A DNA stretch of 58,242 nucleotides. Origin: a virus (taxonomy: Duplodnaviria > Caudoviricetes). Under the pieces are notes generated by a model. It had not been told where the DNA came from. It did no database searches and saw nothing but the letters and a program-made list of their open reading frames with translations. Of this stretch, positions 30,737-40,267 are shown piece after piece. Both the position numbers and the translations under genes were made by a program. Location of the stretch: positions 1-58,242 of the IMG/VR virus record IMGVR_UViG_3300032303_000175; one strand, written 5' to 3'. Each line of letters begins with the position of its first letter. Position 1 is the stretch's first letter.

Positions 30737-31309
30737 ATGGCAACTTTAAATAACCCAATTAACCCGCAGAATATAGTCGATAGATTTGCAGACTATGTGG
30801 TAGCTACAGCAAACTCTGGTATTGCATGGGGTACTGATGCTTATCCATTTGCAGAATGGACTTATGGTGCTGAATTCGGCGGTACAATTGCTGGTAAAGC
30901 TATCGGCATAACTGGACGTAATATTGATGCGGTAGGAAATGTTGTTAATGCAGCTAACATCTATAATACATTATTGACTGAGACTGCTACTTATACTAAT
31001 ATTAGAAACTTAAGAGCTTTATTATTTATAGATGGTGATGGAGGTAATACTGGTTCATACCCAAATCCAGGATATGTATATGATGCTACAGCCGCGGCAT
31101 ATTTTACTACTGCATATAGACAGACGATCGGAGCTGGAGCATCAGATGTGGTGTCAGGCAGTATTGCTACATTAGTGGGCTTAGAAACATTTTTTGATAA
31201 TTTAAGAACATCATATAATTCAGCTAGAGGAAACACAGTAACATTACAAGTAAACGTATGTCATGCTTCGTGTCATAGTAGTTGTCATGGTTCAAGAGGA
31301 AGAAGATAA
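30737..31309 (+). CDS. Probable virion protein / modification substrate with C-terminal (CHxS)3-RGRR tail
   Basis: Ala/Gly/Thr-rich 190 aa; all Cys and His lie in the terminal CHASCHSSCHGSRGRR. Confidence 0.7.
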   Translation: MATLNNPINPQNIVDRFADYVVATANSGIAWGTDAYPFAEWTYGAEFGGTIAGKAIGITGRNIDAVGNVVNAANIYNTLLTETATYTNIRNLRALLFIDGDGGNTGSYPNPGYVYDATAAAYFTTAYRQTIGAGASDVVSGSIATLVGLETFFDNLRTSYNSARGNTVTLQVNVCHASCHSSCHGSRGRR

Positions 31310-32028
31310 TGAATATTGTTGAAACTATTGCTCCTATTGCAATAGAAGATTTGAAGAAATACTTTGTTGATAAAAGCACTCTTTATATTATTGACTACAG
31401 TAAAAGCCAGATAAAAGAACAAAAGCTATTAACTTATCTAAGTAACTTAGAGATCCCGTGTGATATAGATCTAAGTAAATTAGATGCGTCAGAGATGTAT
31501 GAGCTACTTAAAGCATACATGGAAACTACAGTGATAGTAAATCTATTATCTTTAGAGCTATTAATTATAGATGTATTAAAAGAAGCTAAAGGATTAAATA
31601 AAAAAGAAGTTCATAAAGAATTTATATCCGCAAATAAAGAACTCATTGATAGTTGGATTAGTAAATTGGATAGCTTGACATTATATAATATGTATGCTAT
31701 TAATAATGATGAATTTCAGGCATTTGCTAAGCAATTTCCAGAAGATGTTGATAGAAGTTTAAACGGTATTAATTTCATCAGCTTATTAAAGAATCCACAT
31801 TTCTATGATTTTTATAAGAAGATCGAGACTGACAAATTAAAATTCTATACTAACTATTTTAATGACTATATGTTTAAAGGTAAAAACTTATATCACTATT
31901 GGGCTAATCAGAACAATCCGCTATTCTTATTAACGTATGGTATTGCAGAAGGTTTGGTATCTTCTGAAGATTATATCATAGCAAAAACGCAAGATATCCA
32001 GGAGTTATCAAATGTTTCATCTGTTTAA
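31309..32028 (+). CDS. Hypothetical protein of the radical SAM cluster
   Basis: ORF track starts at 31282; the ATG at 31309 overlapping the upstream stop (TAATG) is more likely. Confidence 0.7.
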   Translation: MNIVETIAPIAIEDLKKYFVDKSTLYIIDYSKSQIKEQKLLTYLSNLEIPCDIDLSKLDASEMYELLKAYMETTVIVNLLSLELLIIDVLKEAKGLNKKEVHKEFISANKELIDSWISKLDSLTLYNMYAINNDEFQAFAKQFPEDVDRSLNGINFISLLKNPHFYDFYKKIETDKLKFYTNYFNDYMFKGKNLYHYWANQNNPLFLLTYGIAEGLVSSEDYIIAKTQDIQELSNVSSV

Positions 32029-33193
32029 AAAAGTATACATAGATTTTGATGATAAAATCAATATGAGTTACGATAGGATCATTTGCTCTAATGAATTTGG
32101 CAAAAAAGCTGATGCTGCTGATTTATCGAGAGTATTCTATGGAGAACTTATAGCTACATCTAAATCTATAGATGATCTTATTGGAAGAAATAAATCATTC
32201 GAAACATTGATAGAATTATTTGAAGAATTAAATACTAGAGTTGATAATACTGATAGCCCAGTATATATTTACTGTGATAGAGAATCTTATATTAGATTTG
32301 TTGCTAAGTGGTTAAGAGTTTTGCTTCCATTCTGTGATGCTGTTCATGGCTGGAAGTTTTTAAAATCTCATATATTTAAAGAAAAAAACTTTGTAAATTC
32401 ACGATTATCTGCGTCAGAAAGCTTTTGTAAAGACATTAATAAATGGACAATGCTAGAAGTAGAATTTAAACATTATTGGGATCAAGAAGCACTAATTACT
32501 TCTGAAAGATTAAAGTACACTCCGTTTTTAGAGAAAGTTAAAACTAGCTTGAGAGTAGAATTTTTATTAGCTGGATACTTATATGATAAAAGATATGGAG
32601 ATATATTAGCACAATGCATTACTCCTCTAATTAAAAAAGATCTAGAAAAATTTTTAAATGAACATAAAGAAATTATATTAGTACATTTTCAAAGACCTAT
32701 ATTTCAGCAATTATTAGAAGTACAAAATGGACCATATACATTTGATAACTTTTATGATATGATGGATGATCCGGCCCCGCTTGTACAATTAATGTTTAAT
32801 CCTGAAATATGGGGTGAAGATAGAAGCTCTATGTTTGCGGAATCATCAAAAGGAAATATAAATTTTTCTGGATTTACTGATGAAGATATTGAAAATCTTA
32901 AAAAATATAGCGTAATAGTTGGTAAAATTTGGAGCGATGAAGAATGGTACATGACGCTTAGATCTGAAACTGATAAGTTTGAATTTATTAAGATGCTTAG
33001 AAATAAAGATTACTTTACTGTAGAAGATTTAGATGAAATTATAAACTATGAAATATTCCATCAACATCATGCAGCAGGATCGTTTTATGCTATAGATCTT
33101 AGGACTGTAAATACTTATTTTATTGATCATATTCTAATGAATCATGAGGATAAGTCTAAACTTAGACCTTATGTATTTGAAATGCCAACTTAA
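32012..33193 (+). CDS. Hypothetical protein of the radical SAM cluster
   Basis: 393-aa ORF overlapping its upstream neighbour; no recognised motif. Confidence 0.7.
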   Translation: MFHLFKKVYIDFDDKINMSYDRIICSNEFGKKADAADLSRVFYGELIATSKSIDDLIGRNKSFETLIELFEELNTRVDNTDSPVYIYCDRESYIRFVAKWLRVLLPFCDAVHGWKFLKSHIFKEKNFVNSRLSASESFCKDINKWTMLEVEFKHYWDQEALITSERLKYTPFLEKVKTSLRVEFLLAGYLYDKRYGDILAQCITPLIKKDLEKFLNEHKEIILVHFQRPIFQQLLEVQNGPYTFDNFYDMMDDPAPLVQLMFNPEIWGEDRSSMFAESSKGNINFSGFTDEDIENLKKYSVIVGKIWSDEEWYMTLRSETDKFEFIKMLRNKDYFTVEDLDEIINYEIFHQHHAAGSFYAIDLRTVNTYFIDHILMNHEDKSKLRPYVFEMPT

Positions 33194-33210
33194 ATTAATT
33201 ATTCTATATT

Positions 33211-34266
33211 ATGAAAACTATACCAATCATTCCAATTAAAAATGACACAGCGACATATGAAATAATTAAATCTAAAATAATTGATCATTCAGAAATAGTT
33301 GTCAATTTTTTTGATTATTGTAACATGAGCTGCGTGTTTTGTCCGCAAGATCATGATAATAAAACTGGTATAAGTAAAGATGAAATACTTTCTAAAATAC
33401 CATTTGTTTTAAATTATATCCACTCTAACGAGAAAACAACCACCTTTTTATTGCATCTAATGGGTGGAGAATTATTCCAAGATGATTTAATAGAATCCGG
33501 AATTTTAGATTATTATTCAGAATTTATTGATCAACTAGAAAAAAATAAAAAAGATAAAATTTTAAATTATAATTTTAGTACTAATTTAGTATTTTCTAAA
33601 ACTAAAGAAGTTTTAGAATTTTGTAAAAAACATAATTTAAAATTGTCAGTTAGTTACGATTGTGATGGTAGATTTAATAAATTGCAATTACAAAAATTTA
33701 AACAAAATATTAATATATTTTTACAGCATATTAAATTAATATCTGGTGTTTTAACTAAACCAAATATTAAAAAAATTATTGAAGGAGATAGTTATTTAGA
33801 TTATCTATATAGTCGATTCGATTGTTATTGGGATCATTTACTAATAAGTGATAAAAAATTAGAATACTTACTGCCAGCAGAATCTGACTTATTAAAATTT
33901 TATACTCATTTAATAGATCACTATCCAAATAGTATTAATGTACATCAATTTTTACATAATGATACAAAAACCACAAAAATGTCTTGTACTAGAGGAAACA
34001 GTTTTACTGTTTTATATAATAATTCTGTACCTAAAGGTTGTTCTAGTTCTGTTTTAATGAAAGGAAACTTAGAAAATAGTAAAACAAGTGACTTAGGTAC
34101 TACTAAAATTATAGAAAATTTTTTAATAGAAAATGAATGTTTATCATGCGAGTATTATCAACGGTGCAATTTATCATGTTTTGTTCATAATGATTATAAA
34201 AATCTAATTAAAGATGTAACAAAATGTGTATTTAAAGAAGTGTTTGAATATGCTGACACAAAATAA
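33211..34266 (+). CDS. Radical SAM enzyme 2 with Cys-rich SPASM-like C-terminus
   Basis: CNMSCVFC, MGGELF; SC..GC..CLSC..CNLSC..C. Confidence 0.88.
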   Translation: MKTIPIIPIKNDTATYEIIKSKIIDHSEIVVNFFDYCNMSCVFCPQDHDNKTGISKDEILSKIPFVLNYIHSNEKTTTFLLHLMGGELFQDDLIESGILDYYSEFIDQLEKNKKDKILNYNFSTNLVFSKTKEVLEFCKKHNLKLSVSYDCDGRFNKLQLQKFKQNINIFLQHIKLISGVLTKPNIKKIIEGDSYLDYLYSRFDCYWDHLLISDKKLEYLLPAESDLLKFYTHLIDHYPNSINVHQFLHNDTKTTKMSCTRGNSFTVLYNNSVPKGCSSSVLMKGNLENSKTSDLGTTKIIENFLIENECLSCEYYQRCNLSCFVHNDYKNLIKDVTKCVFKEVFEYADTK

Positions 34267-35998
34267 AATAACTTTACACTCTTTAAAAATTAAAAATATT
34301 AATGCTAGATTAAAAATTGCATTTATCAATCCACCACATGCTGATTGGTCATTAGCTAATAATGCAACGTTTTTAATGATGAAAAGTCATTATATAAGAA
34401 ATGGAAAATATTCTGATTTTGTTGAATGGATCCCACCGTTATATAAATGGAATGCATATAATAATTACGCTGAAATATATGATGAAGTCAAAGAGGCTGA
34501 TGTTATTATGTTTTCATCATATACATGGAATGCAATAATGATTGATGAAATATGTCAATACATTAAATTAAAAAATCCAAATATATTAACTATTATTGGA
34601 GGACCTCACATTGGAACCAACGAACCAGATTTATTAGAAAAAAGATACAAATTATATGATTATATCTGTCAACCGACAAAACCTGGGGAAACTTTTATTG
34701 AAGATTTTATAAATTCCTGGTTTGAAAATAATTATAAACCAATACATGCTGATATTTCTTGGGAAATAAGATCTGACATACAGCGTAATCATTATATAGA
34801 TAAAGAAAATTATTCTGTATATGAGGATAATCAAGAATATTTAGCTACGGCAATTAAATATGCTAAAGATAATAAAATGGAACCATTCGTTATTATAGAA
34901 ACCACTCGTGGGTGTCCATATAAATGTGTATTTTGCGAATGGGGCGGTGGAATTAATACCAAAATTATTAAAAAAGATATTGATATTGTTAAAAGAGATA
35001 TACTAGCTTTGATAAATGCCGGATATAAAGATACATATCTTACAGATGCTAATTTTGGAGTTTTTGAAGATAGAGATATAGAAATTTTTAGATTTGGATG
35101 GCAAAATAGATTATATTTAAGTGATATATCTACAGTTAAATCTAAAGATTTAAAAAGAAGAAAACGCTTGGTAGATAAATGGTTTGAGGTAGTTGGGCCC
35201 GGTCCAGATACATATAGAAAGTCTTTTAATAGTGCTGATATGTGGAAAGATACAGACTATGTATCCGTAGTTCCAACGGTAAGTATACAAAGTATAAGTG
35301 ATGAAGCTATGATAGTAGCTGATAGAATAGATTTATCATGTAAAGATAAATTAGAATTGAGTAAACATATTAATGCCCAATGTGCTAAATATGGATATCC
35401 TATACCACCATTAGAATTAATTTTAGCGATGCCAGGATCTACTATACAAGATTTTTATGATGAAATGGAATTAATATGGAATTTTAAAGCTTGGGGAAGT
35501 TTTCGACATGATTATATGTTTTTACCAGATTCCAAATTAAATTCATTAGAATATAAAGAAAAATATAAAATAGAAACTGTAGATGTCTATTCTAGTATTA
35601 TAGAAGAAGACGGAGTAGATAGTTGGAATAATTTATATAAAAATAATAAAAATTATTTTAAAACTATTAAGTCATGCTATTCATTTACATCAGAAGAAAT
35701 GAAAGAGATGTGGTTTATGAATATTGCTGCTAATTATTTGCTACAATATGTATATCCGCCTTATGAAAATTTAATAAAACCTGGAGAATTTGGAAAAATT
35801 TGCTATAAGATTATTAAACAATTGGATGGATTTGATCAAATACTACTAGCAGTTGATAATATATTTAATACATCAACTCCGCGAAGTTCTATAAGAGAAT
35901 TAAATGGCAGATTTAGAGTTGAAGTCATAGAAGAATTGTTAAAAGAAAATGAACTTATCATAAAAAATGAGGTAATGAGATCATGCATGAAATTTTAA
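34226..35998 (+). CDS. B12-binding-domain radical SAM enzyme
   Basis: N-terminal FSSYTWN..IIGGPH, then ETTRGCPYKCVFCEWG, DANFG; true start may be the ATG at 34250. Confidence 0.87.
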   Translation: MYLKKCLNMLTQNKITLHSLKIKNINARLKIAFINPPHADWSLANNATFLMMKSHYIRNGKYSDFVEWIPPLYKWNAYNNYAEIYDEVKEADVIMFSSYTWNAIMIDEICQYIKLKNPNILTIIGGPHIGTNEPDLLEKRYKLYDYICQPTKPGETFIEDFINSWFENNYKPIHADISWEIRSDIQRNHYIDKENYSVYEDNQEYLATAIKYAKDNKMEPFVIIETTRGCPYKCVFCEWGGGINTKIIKKDIDIVKRDILALINAGYKDTYLTDANFGVFEDRDIEIFRFGWQNRLYLSDISTVKSKDLKRRKRLVDKWFEVVGPGPDTYRKSFNSADMWKDTDYVSVVPTVSIQSISDEAMIVADRIDLSCKDKLELSKHINAQCAKYGYPIPPLELILAMPGSTIQDFYDEMELIWNFKAWGSFRHDYMFLPDSKLNSLEYKEKYKIETVDVYSSIIEEDGVDSWNNLYKNNKNYFKTIKSCYSFTSEEMKEMWFMNIAANYLLQYVYPPYENLIKPGEFGKICYKIIKQLDGFDQILLAVDNIFNTSTPRSSIRELNGRFRVEVIEELLKENELIIKNEVMRSCMKF

Positions 35999-36501
35999 AA
36001 AATGTATTAGAACATGGATATCACAAATTATTTGAACCAACCGGTTTGGAATTAATAGATATTAATAAATTTAAATTATTACATGTTGAAGAACGCGGTA
36101 GAGATAATGGCGTAGATGATGTACCTCTAGATTTGTCTAATAGGTTAAATTTGTTTGCGCAATATCTTAAAGAAAAATATATAAATCCACTTTGGCCGAA
36201 TTCAGTATATAATAAATTTATAGTTTGGGAAGGTACTGACAAAGATAATGAAGGATGGCATACCGATTTATTTGAAGGATATGATATTTTTATGTTGTAT
36301 TACTTTGATGATACTAAAGAATCTACTGGAGGAGCGATACAATTTAAATGGAAAGATGATCAAGTTTCATATCAACCAAAAGCCGGAGATCTATTTATAG
36401 TTAATAATTGTAGAGGATTTTGGCATAGAGCAACATCTACTACTATAACTCGAAGAGTAGCTTCATTTGATTTTAATGTAGGATTATATAATAATGATTG
36501 A
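35983..36501 (+). CDS. 2OG-Fe(II) oxygenase
   Basis: WHTD..GGAI..PKAGD..WHRA..RRVAS. Confidence 0.82.
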   Translation: MHEILKNVLEHGYHKLFEPTGLELIDINKFKLLHVEERGRDNGVDDVPLDLSNRLNLFAQYLKEKYINPLWPNSVYNKFIVWEGTDKDNEGWHTDLFEGYDIFMLYYFDDTKESTGGAIQFKWKDDQVSYQPKAGDLFIVNNCRGFWHRATSTTITRRVASFDFNVGLYNND

Positions 36502-36793
36502 TAAATTAGTAGAACAAAAAAACAAAATTGGTGATGAACGTGATTTGTGTGCTGAATTGTGTAATCTGTGGTTAACACATTTATATGAATTTCAAGATGA
36601 TCCAGAAAATTATAAAAAATATTTAAATTTAATATCTAATATGGAAGCTTATGGACAAGATTTAAAAGAGCAAATTAGAGCTATTAATAGACAAATTTGT
36701 AAAATTGAGGGGGTAGAATCCATAGGAGATACTAAGTATGTAAGAGAATGCAATAATAAACATGGATTAGATATGCCAAATGAAGACAAATGA
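36494..36793 (+). CDS. Hypothetical helical protein
   Basis: 99-aa ORF overlapping both neighbours. Confidence 0.6.
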   Translation: MIDKLVEQKNKIGDERDLCAELCNLWLTHLYEFQDDPENYKKYLNLISNMEAYGQDLKEQIRAINRQICKIEGVESIGDTKYVRECNNKHGLDMPNEDK

Positions 36794-37289
36794 TGTAAAT
36801 TCATTTTTTATTAATGGATATATGCATGGACACATTGATGAGATAGTATCTATAGACTTCGATAAGTACACCTTTATAGATTGTAATAATGAAAATTGTG
36901 AAAATATGGTATTTGATGCATCTTTAACTCCACTATTAAATAAGTTTTATAAAATACTTGAAGATAGATTTGTCAGCAAAATATTTAATTCATATACATT
37001 ATATCAATTAAATGCATGGAAAGGCGTTGATTCATATTCTAGCGAATGGCATAATGATTTTACTTCTACTTCAAATTTTAATTCAAATATATTGATCTAC
37101 TTAGATGATAGCTATGATAAAAATACTATTGAAATAAGAAATGGATCTCAAGAGTTTGTCATATATCCTAAGAAGGGTGACTTTGTTTGGTTAAATCAGT
37201 CACATAATTTTCAACACAGAGCCAAACATGTGATAGGAAATCGTCGTTTAATGAGCTTTGAAATGTATATAAATGATCTATGGACTTAA
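36780..37289 (+). CDS. 2OG-Fe(II) oxygenase (paralog of 35983)
   Basis: WHND..PKKGD..FQHRA..RRLMS. Confidence 0.8.
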   Translation: MKTNDVNSFFINGYMHGHIDEIVSIDFDKYTFIDCNNENCENMVFDASLTPLLNKFYKILEDRFVSKIFNSYTLYQLNAWKGVDSYSSEWHNDFTSTSNFNSNILIYLDDSYDKNTIEIRNGSQEFVIYPKKGDFVWLNQSHNFQHRAKHVIGNRRLMSFEMYINDLWT

Positions 37290-38353
37290 TAATCAAACCA
37301 ACGGAAAAGTGTAACTTTAAATGTACATTTTGTTCGAGCACACATATCACTGAAGATAAGACTGCAGAGTTAGATCATCAGCATATCTTTGACTTCTTAA
37401 AGAGGTTCCCAGAAACAAATACTATCATAGTCAATGGTGGAGATCCGTTGATGATGGATCCTGAGTATTATTGGAAAATCATAGAACACTTAGATGATAT
37501 AGGCTCTCATGCTAGCATATCATTCACTACAAACTTATGGCCGTTCTATAAGAACCCAAATAAGTGGAAAGAACTATTTAATCATCCAAGACTCGGAATA
37601 ACTACATCGTTCCAGTATGGTGGAGGTAGACTTAAAGGAGACTTGACAGTATTTAGTGAAGAAGACTTTTGGAAGTGTTCAGATGCTATGTTAGAACACT
37701 GCGGATATAGACCAGACTTCATAGCAGTCATCACTGAAGAGAATGAACATGATGCAATAAAAAACGTCGAGTTAGCTAAAAAGATGGGTGTAGAGTGTAA
37801 GCTTAACTATGCATTCTCATCTGGGCCGCCAGTAAAGTTTAAAAACATAATCATGGGTCAAGAAGGTAAGCCATACCTATTAGCAGACATATATGAGATA
37901 TATGTTGAGATATGGAAAAGGGGTTTGACTGAGTGGGAATATAATACTAAACAGATGGTTAAACGTTTGCGAGGTGAAGGTACTACATGTCCTCAAAATA
38001 GAGATTGTGATGACAGCATTAGGACACTACAGCCATCAGGTGACTACTATTCATGTGGTGCTTTTGGCGATGACCAACAACACCCAATAGACTTTAAAAA
38101 GGAAATGTCCGGTGAAAAGATATATCCTATTAAGTTTCAACCCGAACTACAGAGTTTAAAACAATCATGTTATACATGTCCTATGTTTCAAATATGTAAC
38201 GGATGCAAGAAGACTATAACAGACCTTAAGAACTATAACTTAGTTGAAGAGCATTGTTATAAGATGAAACAACTTGCACCAGATATAATCAAAGCTAATG
38301 GATTAAATTTAGAACCAACTCCATATGAGAGGGAATATGATTATATCAATTAA
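37280..38353 (+). CDS. Radical SAM/SPASM-domain enzyme 4
   Basis: IKPTEKCNFKCTFC, NGGDP; CPQNRDC..SCG..CYTC..CNGC..C. Confidence 0.92.
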   Translation: MDLIIKPTEKCNFKCTFCSSTHITEDKTAELDHQHIFDFLKRFPETNTIIVNGGDPLMMDPEYYWKIIEHLDDIGSHASISFTTNLWPFYKNPNKWKELFNHPRLGITTSFQYGGGRLKGDLTVFSEEDFWKCSDAMLEHCGYRPDFIAVITEENEHDAIKNVELAKKMGVECKLNYAFSSGPPVKFKNIIMGQEGKPYLLADIYEIYVEIWKRGLTEWEYNTKQMVKRLRGEGTTCPQNRDCDDSIRTLQPSGDYYSCGAFGDDQQHPIDFKKEMSGEKIYPIKFQPELQSLKQSCYTCPMFQICNGCKKTITDLKNYNLVEEHCYKMKQLAPDIIKANGLNLEPTPYEREYDYIN

Positions 38354-39275
38354 TCCATGGTACTATTGTAACTTTAAGTGTGATTTCTGTTATCTAACTA
38401 AAGAACAGTTGGATGATAAGACTCTATTAGATTTAAGAGTATTAGAAAAGAAACTTGATGAAATACTATTAGTTGAAGAGATCCATGGTATAGACTTATA
38501 TGGTGGAGAGATAGGCTTATTACCTGAAGATTATGTAGAAGAGTTATGTGATATAGTCAAATCAAGAGGCATTGATGACATAAACATAATCACTAATCTA
38601 AGTATGGTCAATAGAGTCATAACCAACCCAGATTTATATGTATCTGTTAGCTATGACTTTGAATGTAGGGAACAACATGATAGGGTATGGGACAACATGT
38701 TTGCTCTCAATAAACCGTTCTCTATATTAATCTTAGCCAGTAAAGATCTAATAAATAAAGATGTAGGTCAGATGATATCTCAACTAAACCTACTAAGTAA
38801 CTTAAGTTCTGTAGAGATAAAACCTTATAGTATCAACCAAGCAAATTGCCACTCTGTCAGTCATAAAGACTTTGAGTTATTTGTACAAAAATGGTTGGAT
38901 AGCGATATACAAATGAGGTTTGAGTTTGTCAATGAAAAGAACATCAAAAGTGTTTTGGATGGATCTCGTAATGCATTCAGTAATGACCATGTATACATCA
39001 CGCCAACTGGAGAATATGCGGTCCTTGAGTTTGACTTAAATGATAAAGAATACTTTAAGACCTTAGACTCAATACAAGAGTATAAAGATTGGGCGATTAA
39101 TGAGCCTAATAAGAATGTAAGTGATATATGTAAGTCTTGTGACTATTATGGTAAATGCTTAACAGAACACTATCGATATGTTAAAGACTTGGATAATGGA
39201 TGTAATGGATATAAAGGACTAATTGATTGGTATAAACATGGAAGACTGGAAGATAAGACAAGAGCTATATCATAG
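38325..39275 (+). CDS. Radical SAM enzyme 5 with partial SPASM-like domain
   Basis: CNFKCDFC, YGGE; CKSC..C..H..C; likely start ATG 38337. Confidence 0.88.
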   Translation: MRGNMIISINPWYYCNFKCDFCYLTKEQLDDKTLLDLRVLEKKLDEILLVEEIHGIDLYGGEIGLLPEDYVEELCDIVKSRGIDDINIITNLSMVNRVITNPDLYVSVSYDFECREQHDRVWDNMFALNKPFSILILASKDLINKDVGQMISQLNLLSNLSSVEIKPYSINQANCHSVSHKDFELFVQKWLDSDIQMRFEFVNEKNIKSVLDGSRNAFSNDHVYITPTGEYAVLEFDLNDKEYFKTLDSIQEYKDWAINEPNKNVSDICKSCDYYGKCLTEHYRYVKDLDNGCNGYKGLIDWYKHGRLEDKTRAIS

Positions 39276-39642
39276 ACTAAATACTGTACATGATGATGAC
39301 TTAAATGATAAAGATATAGTCATCACTGATAATATAGTGACAGATGCAGTCCGATACTTTAAGGAAGATAACTTAGGTTGGATATATCCATCTAAGAGCT
39401 ATATGGTTGCCATATGCTATGCTAGATGGTTATCAGAAGAGTTTGGTAGAAGTCCTATTGACTACTTAAATGATATAGATTTGCTATTTGGGAATGATCC
39501 TTATTTCTTAACATATGATGAAGATGATATTACATATAATCAAATATTAAGTTATATAGGTGGTTGGCAGTTTGATGAGACTAAAGGATATGTCCTTGAT
39601 GTCAAATCATATTTTTTAAAGGAGTTTATGATAAATGATTAA
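39223..39642 (+). CDS. Hypothetical protein of the radical SAM cluster
   Basis: Acidic ORF; likely start ATG 39238. Confidence 0.65.
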   Translation: MIGINMEDWKIRQELYHRLNTVHDDDLNDKDIVITDNIVTDAVRYFKEDNLGWIYPSKSYMVAICYARWLSEEFGRSPIDYLNDIDLLFGNDPYFLTYDEDDITYNQILSYIGGWQFDETKGYVLDVKSYFLKEFMIND

Positions 39643-40216
39643 ACAATTATGGTCTACTTCGCTATTGCATGATAGTATGCAAGAAGATATATATTCTCCT
39701 TTTTTACAAAAAATACTTACTGATCCACATGCAAATAATATTATAAACATCCCAGATGGAGAAAAATCTACAGATATATTAAATGATACATCTATTGAAG
39801 TTCAAAACTTTAAAAACAAGATTATATATCCAGCATTTGATAATTATTTAAAGTCTACATTAGATAGGAGTATCAGCGATTGGGGTGGATATAAATTTAA
39901 GTCGTGGTTAATCAAAGGGTCTAACTCATATAATGTTAATTATCATAACCATAGAGGTTCTCAAATAACATCTGTATTTTATCTACTAGTTGATGAATTA
40001 GGATCTGGCGGCAATGTTACTTTTACGGATCCAAGACAAAATTCTAACAGAGGATATGATTCAAGTTTTTTACCATGGTTTGATCCTTTAATCATAACCC
40101 CTAAAACTGGAGATTTTGTAATATTTCCAAGCTTTCTTTATCATTTTGTCTCTACGTATGGTGGTGGTATACGTATTGCAATGCCGGTAGATCTTTTTTT
40201 ATACACTAACTCATAA
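39635..40216 (+). CDS. Putative 2OG-Fe(II) oxygenase (TIGR02466-like)
   Basis: HNH..SVFYL..FTDPR..IFPSFLYHFV..RI. Confidence 0.8.
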   Translation: MIKQLWSTSLLHDSMQEDIYSPFLQKILTDPHANNIINIPDGEKSTDILNDTSIEVQNFKNKIIYPAFDNYLKSTLDRSISDWGGYKFKSWLIKGSNSYNVNYHNHRGSQITSVFYLLVDELGSGGNVTFTDPRQNSNRGYDSSFLPWFDPLIITPKTGDFVIFPSFLYHFVSTYGGGIRIAMPVDLFLYTNS

Positions 40217-40267
40217 ATCGCTCTTAATCTTATCATAAATATAGATATCTAAACTAGGACTACTAAT

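Noticed and set aside
32012-33193. PVYIYCD resembling a tyrosine/dual-specificity phosphatase loop
   Set aside because: There is no HCxxGxxR signature; the resemblance is too weak to call.
29673-39275. Radical SAM genes as a DNA hypermodification or cofactor pathway (QueE, MoaA, PqqE, NrdG)
   Set aside because: No partner genes (queC/D, folE, dpdA, moaC, pqq, nrdD) are in the window, and the context is late structural with a Cys/His-tailed candidate substrate. This is disfavoured, not formally excluded.
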